Origin: Octopus vulgaris | Lineage: Eukaryota | Reading direction: 5' to 3' | Length of the DNA stretch: 64,000 bases | Assembly (NCBI GenBank): GCA_951406725.2 | Contig: OX597816.1 | Coordinates: 105,462,001-105,526,000, forward strand | Translations under genes and position numbers: made by a program | Notes under the pieces: generated by a model | What the model was told of the DNA's origin: nothing | The model's input: only the letters and a program-made list of their open reading frames with translations | The model's database searches: none | In this document: positions 14,965-26,081 of the stretch, piece after piece | Position numbering within the stretch: the stretch's first letter is position 1 | Layout: each line of letters starts with the position of its first letter

Positions 14965-15470
14965 CCGATGTGAATGCATTGTGAATGTGCATGGATCTCA
15001 ACATCAAATAGCAGGACCAATGCACCAACAACGAAGTTCTCTATCACTCAGAAATGCCAAGCATTGAGCTACCATCCTCAAGCATTGCCTTAGGTTGTCA
15101 GGACATGTTATCTGAATGGCCCCATCAAGACTCCTGTGGACCATCCTCTACAGTGCATTCGTCAATGGCAAACTACATCAAGGAGTCCCAATATGCAGAT
15201 TCAAAGACCAACTGAAGTCTTCCCTACTTCAAGCTGGGAACCAGAAGCCACTGACTGTCCATGCTGATGAAGAGCAATTCATCTTAGCAGTTCCACTTTT
15301 GAAGAGAAAAGAAAGACTGAAGAGAAAGCAAAAAGACGAATACTAGGCCTCCCTGCCGTGTGATCAATGCCCGAGACTGTCCAATTCCCAAATTGGCCTT
15401 CTGAGCCATGTCAAGTTTGAGCATGATGGAGGCACCAGATGAACCAAACTCAGATACAAGTGGTGCCAAT
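14965..15470 (+). mobile_element. RTE LINE 3' fragment
   Basis: LRLSGHVI*MAPSRL..ILYS..NGK..G.P..RFKDQLKSSL and a terminal C2H2-like CDQCPRLSNSQIGLLSHVKFEH. Confidence 0.75.
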
Positions 15471-16609
15471 GATGAGAGGTTTGTATGTTAGGCTCATGTT
15501 TGGTTGGTCATGTGTTCAGTCAAGGAATACTCTTGTATTTTCAACCTCTGAAGTCTCCCATAAACTAGGATAAGCTCTTGTTTAATGGATCTGTAGGTAT
15601 GAGACAGACTTTAACTTTAACTCAGGGTATTGATCAAAAGAGTAGACATGTGCCCAAGGTGCCAAAAAATCAGATTGGAAACTAAAACCTCAAGGCTGTG
15701 AAACAAACTCCTTAACCACGTTTTTATGTCTATGTCCATACATTTATTTATATCAGGTATCTATGAAAGTGCTTTAGCTTGAATCTATATAGGAAGACAT
15801 TTTATACTCATTGTGCTTGAGAAGATTTGTCAAGCCAAGTGAAATTGTAATTGTGGCTGATGCTGGTGTCACATGACTGACATCCATGCCAGTGGCATTT
15901 AAAAAGCGCCCGTTACACTATTGGAGTAGTTGGTGTTAGGAAGGGCACCAAACTGTGGAAACTATGCCAAATCAGACTGGAACTTGGTGCAGCTCTCCAG
16001 CTTACTTCTTCCAGTCAAACCATCTAATCCATGCCAGCTTGGAAAGCAGACTCTAAATGATGATGATGATAACTATAGATGCAAGCATGGCTGTGTGGTA
16101 AGAAGTTTGCTTCCCAACTACATGGTTCTTGATTCAGTCTTACTGCATAACACCTTGGACAGGTATCTTCTACTATAGCCCCAGGCTGACCAAAGCCTTG
16201 TCAGTAGATTTGGTAGATGGAAACTGAAAGCAGCCTGTCATATATATGTATGTGTGTCTTTGCATCTGTTTGACAATTAGTGTTGGTATGTTTACATTCC
16301 CTTAACTTAGTGGTTCAGCAAAAGAGACTGATAGAAGAAGTACCAGACTTTATAACAGCCCCAATGCTGTTATAATGCACACAGCCCCTATCAGAATACA
16401 CATGTGCTTTATAATAACATTCAAGCATTTTAGCTCATATTTCTAGTAATGTAGGTGTCTTGACACCCTTAGTCACTTTTGGTTGACAACTATAATTCTC
16501 CTTTACAGTATAACATTGCAACTAGCTGTTCTTATTAAATTTTATATACACATTAGCAATCTGCTAAATCATCCATAAATTTTCATGTTGAATTCATATA
16601 TTCTCATAG

Positions 16610-16682
16610 GTGAAGTAGCCTGGAATCTGTCGAATGAGCTGGCCTTACTAACAAAGGCTATGGAAACAGACAAAATTGATGG
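16610..16682 (+). CDS. Candidate internal exon of an unidentified gene
   Basis: ttctcatag| acceptor and |gtcagt donor bracket a 73-nt non-repetitive open frame (xGT)EVAWNLSNELALLTKAMETDKID(GG). Protein not recognised. Confidence 0.4.
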
Positions 16683-16902
16683 GTCAGTGTATATATATAT
16701 ATATATAAACATGCGCAAACTGGTATATACTAGTATTTGTTTGTGAAACACTTGTGAAGATAATATAAAATGATGACATGACAAAATTTAAACTAACTCT
16801 TTTGTTTTATTCTACTCACTCCCTCTTTAATGCACACACACACACATCCATCCATACATACAGGCATACATGCATACATACATACATACATACATACATA
16901 CA

Positions 16903-16934
<32 letters not shown>

Positions 16935-17161
16935 ATATATACATATGTATTTAAGCATATACACACATACTACATGTATCTACATACAAATACGGATAAA
17001 TGTGTACATACATACATAGAAACTTGCATGCATATACATACACAAACATGCATGCACAAACACACATGTATACATATATAAAGGCATGCAAGCACAGATA
17101 CATATAAATATATACTACATACACATACACACACAAATACACACACATGCACATGCACATG

Positions 17162-17197
<36 letters not shown>

Positions 17198-17829
17198 TTT
17201 CTTTCACATATTCATGTATCCAATTCTAAATATGCTTGTGCATAGAAAACTACAGATGCATATAAGTGAATTAGTGCAGAAACAATGCATGTTAATAACT
17301 CTGAGAATGATTTATTACATTAAAGCTAATAGCTTTTGAAATTTGCAACTAACGGCAACCCTGCTTAACACTTTCTTTATATGAGGAATACCTGGATACC
17401 TACCTAAGCCAGTTTTAAGTACTGTGCATTTGGATATATTGGATTATGTGCACTCATACACAAATGTGTGTGTGAGTATATCATTCCATACATACACGTG
17501 CACACATATCATAAATGTATATATCTATATAAATTAATGAATGATAGAGGAATGGAAATTACATAATCACTTTCATTCACTTACAGTTGTTTTTGCTATA
17601 AGAAGCAGTGCTTTCAGAGCTGAATGCTTGTACAAAATCCTATATATGGTTCTGAATGTAACCAACTCTTATCATCATCATCGTTTAACGTCCGTTTTCC
17701 ATGCTAGCATGATGTATCTAAATGCATTCTGAAATAAACGCATATTTCCCTGTAATGGTGTGTGAGTGTGAATGCATGTATGTAAGTCCGTGTGGCTGTT
17801 CACTTGCTATAAAATAATAATAATGAAAT

Positions 17830-18230
17830 TATTGTATACAGTGCTCAGGTGCACCACAACTTGTCAAAAGTGTGTATAAAGTATATGCAGTAATGTACAA
17901 ATGTCTGGAAAGTGAACATTGTATGAGTCAGATACATGCTTGGGGAGAAAATCAGGTGTAGTGTTAGTGAATCTCAGGAAGCATGGAAGTTTTGAAGGAT
18001 GCAGTGCTTCGACAACTAACAACTGATGCCGGCAGTTTGTTCCATGCTTCAGCATGAAAAAATGTTTCCGAAAGTCATGGGAGCTGTGCTGTTTTCTGAC
18101 TTTGTAAACATGTTCATGGGTGTTAGACAGATGGAGTTTGAAAAGGTGCTCAGAGTTATTGTTTGTCGGAGTTTCAATGTATCCATGCCCAGGGAAATAA
18201 GGCGTTCAGAATATGATTCCAACCACTAAC
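17830..18230 (-). mobile_element. CR1/L2-clade LINE 3' fragment
   Basis: Homologous to 5270-5930; ends next to an (AAT)n tail. Confidence 0.75.
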
Positions 18231-19599
18231 TCCTTTCTTCTTTCTTATTAAAAGTGTAGCAGTTCTGTTATAAGCTCTCACAATGACAAAGACATACACA
18301 AATATTGCAAAGTAATAGAAATTTGTTCTGTATAGGCATAAGGCCATAAGTAGATAAAAAAAAATCACACAAACAAAAGGCACATGATTATGAAGCAAGT
18401 TGGAAATAAACAAACAAATAATATTTGATGTCACACAAGCAAAATACTTGGAAGAAAAGTCATAGAAAATTATGAGGTGAAACAAACAACACCAGAAGAA
18501 TGTGCTAAATGAAAATAAATGTGATAATGAAAGAAACAAAAGAGAATATAACACTTTGGGTCACACCTTTAATCAGAGAGAAGGAAAAGGAATAAGAGAT
18601 GTATGAGAGTAAAAGAAACAAATAACAAAGTTACAACATCTGGTTACACTAAGCCTGCCATGTAAAGCAATATTTTCAATTGAGTATTTATTTCTCTTCT
18701 TTTGCTCTTACCTCTCTTATTCCTTTTCTTTCTTTTAGATAAGGGGTATACCCCAAAATGTTAGCTCCCCTTCTGTTTCTTTCACTGGCATGCACATGTG
18801 TGCATACACACACACACACATGTTGCAATTATCCAAAAGGAGAGTATATTATATTTGCCCAATCATCTGATTTGTTTCAAAATAGCAAATTAATGTATAA
18901 TACTTTCTTTTACTCTTTACTCTTTTACTCGTTTCAGTCATTTAACTGTCGCCATGCTGGATCATTGCCTTTAGTCGAACAAATCGACCCCAGGACTTAT
19001 TCTTTGTAAGCCTAGAACTTATTCTATCAGTCTCTTTTGCCGAACTGCTAAGTTACAGGGATGTAAACACACAAGCATCAGTTGTATTTGTGTATATATG
19101 TTTGTGTGTCTGTGTTTGTCCCCCCAACATTGCTTGACAATATATATGATGGGCTTCTTTCAGTTTCCATCTGCCAAATCCACTCACAAGACTTTGGTCG
19201 GCCCGAGGCTATAGGAGAAGACACTTGCCCAAGGTGCCACACAGTGGGACTGAACCGGAACCATGTGGTTCGTAAGCAAGCTTATCAGTTTGTTGAAAGT
19301 GCAATGACCACTAACCATAGTAAATATCAATCTTTTCATTGTTGGACATATTTTTGATGGAAACACTTCTGTTTAGCTCCAGATTGACCCTGATCGAGCT
19401 GATTTATGTTCAAAGACATTCCAGACATAACTATCTAGTCTGAAATGTCTTTATTTGACAGGCATAATGTATCCAAGTGTACCTTTTGTAACGGTTTTAA
19501 TGATCATGAAGAGTTTCTATTGTTAGCTCCTGAAGGAAGGTAAATTTTATTAATGTATATAGCAGTTTTGATTCTTTAGGATTTTTTGGAAATTTTAAG

Positions 19600-19900
19600 T
19601 AATGACTGAGCATGGTTGCATATTCAAGTGTCTGAAATGAGGCTTCTCTAAAGGATTTCTGGAGTAATGTTAACCAACAGGGTGCACAGCTCAGAGGTCA
19701 GAGAGTCTTTCCAGGTCAAGCTGCTACTTCTCTCCTCTAAAAGGTCACAGATCTGGTAACACAGACATGTTTTGAATGTCACAGGAAAGAATCACAAGAC
19801 AAAGTTCTTCAAGCTGAGCCAAGTGGCAGAAGATCCAGGGATAGACCAAGAATGAGATAGTAGGATAATATACATAGTCTCAGTTGAGACATCTGGGAAC
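19600..19900 (+). mobile_element. RTE-like LINE C-terminal fragment
   Basis: EMRLL*RISGVMLTNRVHSSEVRESFQVK.LL and GRRSRDRPRMR motifs. Confidence 0.6.
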
Positions 19901-20511
19901 CCCGCTGGAAAGTGTAATGACAGAAATATATGCCAGAGACAGAGGCAGTATTAACCCCGAGAGGTAATATATATCCCCATTTAAATGAAGATGATCTGTT
20001 AGAACAAACTATACTGGGATCTCTAACCCCACAACCCTCCAAGGAACAGTGGTCAGACAAAATGGAGGAACAGATTAATAGTTCACACAAACTGCAGCAA
20101 ACTATCTGAACCAGCATTATTGAGTTTAGATTATGGGTGCCACTTGTTATATGTGCCATATATTTGACTGGGTTACATGAAAATATTGGTCGTGGCAGTA
20201 GTGGTAACACTGCAGTGCTTTTGGTAGTAGATGTAACAACAGCTTACATTGAAGATCTCTAATCAAGTTTCTTGTGATTGATTTTAAGCTGTTTCTGAAA
20301 AATGTGTAATTAAAGAGTCTATACTTTTTAAATGGTTGCATCAAAGAAGAAGTAAAAAGTGATTCAATGCAAATTTAATTGGAACTTTTTATAAAATAGA
20401 ATATTGATTTCTTACAGTGGCACAAGACCAGATCTGGAAAGACAACATACATATGCATATACATACATATATAAATATATATACAATTTTATATTTATAT
20501 ATATATATGCA

Positions 20512-20555
<44 letters not shown>

Positions 20556-20596
20556 CTCTCTCTTTCTCACATATTCTCTCTCTTGCCTCTCTCTCA

Positions 20597-20654
<58 letters not shown>

Positions 20655-20776
20655 CACAATCAAGGAACGGCCATAATAGGCCATTCACCCACTAGAAATA
20701 ACAGCCAAAAGCTTTAACCGCCAAATAACATTAATTCTGTAAACCAGGAGAAAATTGAAAAACTTTTACCCTGTAA

Positions 20777-20881
20777 TTTCTTAGACGATGCACCGTTTCA
20801 TCTACCGTTTAATGGTAAACTAACCTGATTAAATTAAATCAAGCCAATCCACCATAGGCCCTTAGACTCATCAGTAAGAAA
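20777..20881 (-). ncRNA. Type I hammerhead ribozyme in the inverted copy
   Basis: Reverse complement of copy 1 (TCATCAG at 20868-20874). Confidence 0.88.
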
Positions 20882-20949
20882 TAGACAAGTCGGAACAGAT
20901 ATTTTTCACGAGGCATTCCTCTTGAAAAATATCTGTTCCGACTTGGCTA

Positions 20950-21054
20950 TTTCTTACTGATGAGTCTAAGGGCCTATGGTGGATTGGCTTGATTTAATTT
21001 AATCAGGTTAGTTTACCATTAAACGGTAGATGAAACGGTGCATCGTCTAAGAAA
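20950..21054 (+). ncRNA. Type I hammerhead ribozyme, array copy 1
   Basis: Stem I TTTCTTA/TAAGAAA, core CTGATGA (20957-20963), stem II GTCTA...TAGAT with a long extension, GAAA (21032-21035), near-palindromic stem III ACGGTGCATCGT, GUC cleavage site after 21047. Confidence 0.9.
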
Positions 21055-21439
21055 TTACAGGGTAAAAGTTTTTCAATTTTCTCCTGGTTTACAGAATTAA
21101 TGTTATTTGCGGTTAAAGCTTTTGGCTGTTATTTCTAGTGGGTGAATGGCCTATTATGGCCGTTCCTTGATTGTGATGTTGAACGTAAAAATGGTTTATG
21201 ACTATTTAATTTTTTCCTACTAGGCCGCTGGTGGCAAAAGAATTCTACAAAATTTTTTTTGGCACCCTATATTGATTAATTATGAATTTTCTGGTTAGTT
21301 CCGTAATGGAATCGGTGGCTTATATTTATTTGCTGCCGATAAATTTGGCGCGAGTGCGACGATTTGAAAATTTTAGGTCAGATATTGCCGAGGCAGCAAG
21401 AGGAATGCCTCGTGAAAAATATCTGTTCCGACTTGGCTA

Positions 21440-21544
21440 TTTCTTACTGATGAGTCTAAGGGCCTATGGTGGATTGGCTTGATTTAATTTAATCAGGTTA
21501 GTTTACCATTAAACGGTAGATGAAACGGTGCATCGTCTAAGAAA
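21440..21544 (+). ncRNA. Type I hammerhead ribozyme, array copy 2
   Basis: Same sequence as copy 1; predicted cleavage after 21537. Confidence 0.9.
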
Positions 21545-21930
21545 TTACAGGGTAAAAGTTTTTCAATTTTCTCCTGGTTTACAGAATTAATGTTATTTTG
21601 CGGTTAAAGCTTTTGGCTGTTATTTCTAGTGGGTGAATGGCCTATTATGGCCGTTCCTTGATTGTGATGTTGAACGTAAAAATGGTTTATGACTATTTAA
21701 TTTTTTCCTACTAGGCCGCTGGTGGCAAAAGAATTCTACAAAATTTTTTTTTGCCACCCTATATTGATTAATTATGAATTTTCTGGTTAGTTCCGTAATG
21801 GAATCGGTGGCTTATATTTATTTGCTGCCGATAAATTTGGCGCGAGTGCGACGATTTGAAAATTTTAGGTCAGATATTGCCGAGGCAGCAAGAGGAATGC
21901 CTCGTGAAAATATCTGTTCCGACTTGGCTA

Positions 21931-22035
21931 TTTCTTACTGATGAGTCTAAGGGCCTATGGTGGATTGGCTTGATTTAATTTAATCAGGTTAGTTTACCAT
22001 TAAACGGTAGATGAAACGGTGCATCGTCTAAGAAA
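21931..22035 (+). ncRNA. Type I hammerhead ribozyme, array copy 3
   Basis: Same sequence as copy 1; predicted cleavage after 22028. Confidence 0.9.
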
Positions 22036-22422
22036 TTACAGGGTAAAAGTTTTTCAATTTTCTCCTGGTTTACAGAATTAATGTTATTTTGCGGTTAAAG
22101 CTTTTGGCTGTTATTTCTAGTGGGTGAATGGCCTATTATGGCCGTTCCTTGATTGTGATGTTGAACGTAAAAATGGTTTATGACTATTTAATTTTTTTCC
22201 TACTAGGCCGCTGGTGGCAAAAGAATTCTACAAAATTTTTTTTGGCACCCTATATTGATTAATTATGAATTTTCTGGTTAGTTCCGTAATGGAATCGGTG
22301 GCTTATATTTATTTGCTGCCGATAAATTTGGCGCGAGTGCGACGATTTGAAAATTTTAGGTCAGATATTGCCGAGGCAGCAAGAGGAATGCCTCGTGAAA
22401 AATATCTGTTCCGACTTGGCTA

Positions 22423-22527
22423 TTTCTTACTGATGAGTCTAAGGGCCTATGGTGGATTGGCTTGATTTAATTTAATCAGGTTAGTTTACCATTAAACGGT
22501 AGATGAAACGGTGCATCGTCTAAGAAA
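22423..22527 (+). ncRNA. Type I hammerhead ribozyme, array copy 4
   Basis: Same sequence as copy 1; predicted cleavage after 22520. Confidence 0.9.
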
Positions 22528-22750
22528 TTACAGGGTAAAAGTTTTTCAATTTTCTCTTGGTTTACAGAATTAATGTTATTTTGCGGTTAAAGCTTTTGGC
22601 TGTTATTTCTAGTGGGTGAATGGCCTATTATGGCCGTTCCTTGATTGTGATGTTGAACGTAAAAATGGTTTATGACTATTTAATTTTTTCCTACTAGGCC
22701 GCTGGTGGCAAAAGAATTCTACAAAATTTTTTTTGCCACCCTATATTGAT

Positions 22751-22806
<56 letters not shown>

Positions 22807-22813
22807 GATACAT

Positions 22814-22851
<38 letters not shown>

Positions 22852-23178
22852 GGCCGATGCCAGTGCCACCTGACTAGCACCCATGCTAGTGGCACGTAGT
22901 AAGCACCATTCAAGCATGGGTCAATGCCAGTGCCACCTGACTAGCTCCCCGTGCTGGTGGCATATAAAAAACATCAACTGAATGTGGTCAATGCCAGTGC
23001 TGCCTTACTGACACCTACTGGCTTGCCAGTCCCCCAGTCAAACCGTCCAACCCATGCCAGCATGGAAAACAGACGTTAAACAATGATGATGATGATGATG
23101 TATATATATATATATGTTTGACTAATGGTAGTGCTCCTGCATGGCTGCAGTCAAGCAGCTGAAACAAATAAAAGAAAA

Positions 23179-23266
<88 letters not shown>

Positions 23267-24016
23267 ATATAAATATTTATAAATGAATGCGTGTGTGTGA
23301 CTGTGTGCAGGCATGTGTGTGTGTGTGCATATGTATGTGTATATGTGTGCATGTATGTGCATGTGTGTGCATGTGTGCATGTGTGTGTATGCAAATGCAT
23401 GCTAATCACACACACACATATATAGCAACATAAGCAAATGATTTATATAATGCTATACATTTTTTAATACAAAATTATTGTAACAAGGAAGAATAACGAT
23501 AAGAATAAAAGTACAAAAGCATAAAATGCAATAAGAATGATAGCAACAATAACAAAAATGTATTTTGAGTTATCATCCCTGTTACTCAAGTTTTAATAAA
23601 CGAACAGAATGAATTTTTGCTGACTTTTTAAAGTTTAATTTTACAGAAAAGTTCTTCAAGTATATGTATATACGCTTTATTTGCATGTGTGTTCCTGTGT
23701 GTGTGTGTTGCTGTGTGTAGACGTACGTGACCATATATACACATAGATACATGTGTAGTTGTAATTAAGTAACTACACCATAAGATTCATATCATAGTTA
23801 GTCACATGTATTAGAGGTTTATTGATTTGAAGAGATGTATGAATGCGTGTGTGTGTGCATGTGTGTGTGTAGGTGCATGTTTGTGTAAGTGCTTGTGTGA
23901 ATGTATTCTCTATTTTTAATGATTTGAAATCTTCCTGTGTGGAAGGAGCTAGTTTCTGACAAAGATACAATGGTACAAAGCCCTATCATATTGAATTTCA
24001 GAAAAGCTTTGCATAT

Positions 24017-24242
24017 TACTCTTTTACTCTTTTACTTGTTTCAGTCATTTGACTGTGGCCATGCTGGAGTACCACCTTTAGTCGAGCAAATGGACCTGAG
24101 GAACTTATTCTTTGTAAGCCTAGTACTTATTCTATCAGTCTCTTTTGCCGCACCACTAAGTTATGGGGATGTAAACACACCAGCATCGGTTGTCAAGCGA
24201 TGTTAGGGGCACAAACACAGACACACAAACATATATGCACAC

Positions 24243-24280
<38 letters not shown>

Positions 24281-24435
24281 GACGGGCTTCTTTCAGTTTC
24301 CGTCTATGAAATTCATTCACAAGGCTTTGGTTGGCCCGAGGCTTTAGTAGAAGATGCTTGCCCAAGGTGCCAGGCAGTGGGACTGAACCCGGAACCATGT
24401 GGTTGGTAAGCAAGCTACTTACCACACAGCCACTG
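24017..24435 (-). mobile_element. tRNA-derived SINE (family 2), near full length
   Basis: High similarity to 12815-13187 across head, body and tail. Confidence 0.8.
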
Positions 24436-24689
24436 CTAGCAGATTGCTTTTATAATGTGCAAATTAGCTAGTTGATTTCTTTTTCTGAACTACCTTCCCC
24501 AGAGCATCACTTAGGCATTTACTCACAAAATCAAGTGCAATAATATTGGTATAAATGTGAATTTATAATCTGGGTACAGAAGCTGAAGACTTCAAAGGAG
24601 TTGTCTATATTTATTCACTTTCTCTTTGCTTTTATAAAGAGATATTCAGCAGGGCAGCTGACTTTTAAGCATGTACATGTTTATGGTAA

Positions 24690-24724
<35 letters not shown>

Positions 24725-24810
24725 CATAAATCTATATATATGTGACTGTGTGTGTATTGTTGGCGAATTTCTTTCTCCGTTTTCCCTTCCTAAAACCTTC
24801 CTTTTTCTAT

Positions 24811-24845
24811 GTTTCTGACGAATAGCTCAGCTCGAAACATTAAAT
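24811..24845 (+). ncRNA. Degenerate minimal type I hammerhead (Penelope-type)
   Basis: GTTT-CTGACGA-A-TAGCTCAGCTC-GAAA-CAT-T-AAAT. Core boxes are present, with stem II AGC/GCT and an imperfect stem I/III. It lies in a ~190-bp element between microsatellites. Confidence 0.5.
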
Positions 24846-25193
24846 CCTCCTTCTTTCTTTCCTTTCCTGAGTGTCCAATAACACTATACTTGTTTCACGT
24901 CCTCATGTTGTAGTGTTTTCTCTTTGTTCATGTTTGGAGTAACGATATATATATATATGTATAAATATATATTCTATATATATATATATATACATTCTGG
25001 CACACTGTGCCGGTGGCACGTAAAAAGCACTCACTACACTCATGGAGTACTTGGCGTTAGGAAGGGCATCCAGCCGTAGAAACATTGCCAGATCAAACTG
25101 GGCTTGGTGCAGCCTTCTGGCTTCCCAGATCCCAGTTGAACCGTCCAACCCATGCTAGCATGGAAAGCGGACGCTAAACGATGATGATGATGA

Positions 25194-25240
<47 letters not shown>

Positions 25241-25527
25241 AATGCCATTTAAGGGATATTTGTATCCAATGAATTACTGGTGTATTACCCATTTGTGATT
25301 ATAAGCATTAGTATTAATGCTCATAAACGATAGGTAAAGACAGGAATAAACTGAAGTTTATCTATATTTATGGAAAAATGAAAAAATGGAGATAAAACTG
25401 ATGACTGATAAACATCAATTATTATTTCTTGATTATAAAAAGACAATATCTCATCTTACACCTGTTTCTGTTAATGCTATTTTGAGCATAATCAGGCTTA
25501 ATTATTACAATAACAATAATTGTCATT

Positions 25528-25833
25528 AAGAAAACACCATCCAAGCATGGCCGTCTGCCAGCCTCGTCTGGCACCTGTGTCGGTGGCACATAAAAACACC
25601 ATCCGAGCGTGGCTGTCTGCCAGCCTCGTCTGGCACCTGTGTCGGTGGCACATAAAATCACCCACTACACTCTCGGAGTGGTTGGCGTTAGGAAGGGCAT
25701 CCAGCTGTAGAAACACTGCCAGATCTGACTGGCCTGGTGCAGCCTTCGAGCTTGCCAGACCCCAGTTGAACCGTCCAACCCATGCTAGCATGGAAAGCGG
25801 ACGTTAAACGATGATGATGATGATGATGATGAT
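25528..25833 (+). mobile_element. Retroposon 3' fragment with (GAT)n tail and internal 62-bp tandem duplication
   Basis: Ends ...CCATGCTAGCATGGAAAGCGGACGTTAAACGATGATGAT. Copies at ~25003-25196, 22850-23100, 15870-16070, 44255-44465 and 59020-59180 (+), and 6276-6550 (-). Confidence 0.8.
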
Positions 25834-25902
25834 GTAAATAATTATGCCAACTTAAATAGTGCAACTTCATCAGAGCACACGTACTTATTGAAGCTATTTT
25901 TC

Positions 25903-26021
25903 TGCTCTGATGAAGTTGCACTATTTAAGTTGGTATAATTATTTACAATGATAATTATTGTGACTGTAATAATTAAGCCTGATTATGCCCAAAATAGCAT
26001 GAACAGAAACAGCTGTAAGAT
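25903..26021 (+). ncRNA. Type I hammerhead-like motif with ~90-nt extended stem II
   Basis: CTGATGA 25907-25913; stem II segments GTT/AAC, CTATTT/AAATAG and GGTATAATT/GATTATGCC; GAAA 26006-26009; palindromic stem III ACAGCTGT; GUA site. Stem I is weak (2 bp). Confidence 0.6.
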
Positions 26022-26081
26022 GAGATATTGTCTTTTTATAATCAGGAAATAATTGATGTTTATCAGTTATCAGTTTTATCT

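Larger units (their letters stand above)
20653..22753 (+). mobile_element. Retrozyme-like / Penelope pLTR-like tandem array: ~3.7 direct copies of a ~491-bp unit plus a 5' inverted partial copy
   Basis: CTGATGA cores at 20957, 21447, 21938 and 22430 (spacing 490/491/492). Units are nearly identical. 20653-20908 is the reverse complement of 20923-21177. (TA)n lies on both flanks, and there is no credible ORF. Confidence 0.85.
25390..26081. repeat. ~180-bp-arm inverted repeat (inverted pLTR-like) with a retroposon fragment inserted in the left arm
   Basis: 25390-25527 plus 25833-25877 is the reverse complement of 25903-26081, with a 25-nt spacer. Confidence 0.9.

Noticed and set aside
21282-21482. 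66-aa ORF repeated in the tandem array (also 22265-22465)
   Set aside because: Frameshifted in the middle unit, resembles no known protein, and overlaps the ribozyme core; RNA structure explains the sequence better.
20923-22753. Array considered as a CRISPR array, rDNA/5S unit or Helitron tandem
   Set aside because: No short repeat/unique spacer pattern, no rRNA/tRNA similarity seen and no clear TC...CTRR termini, whereas every unit has a full hammerhead.
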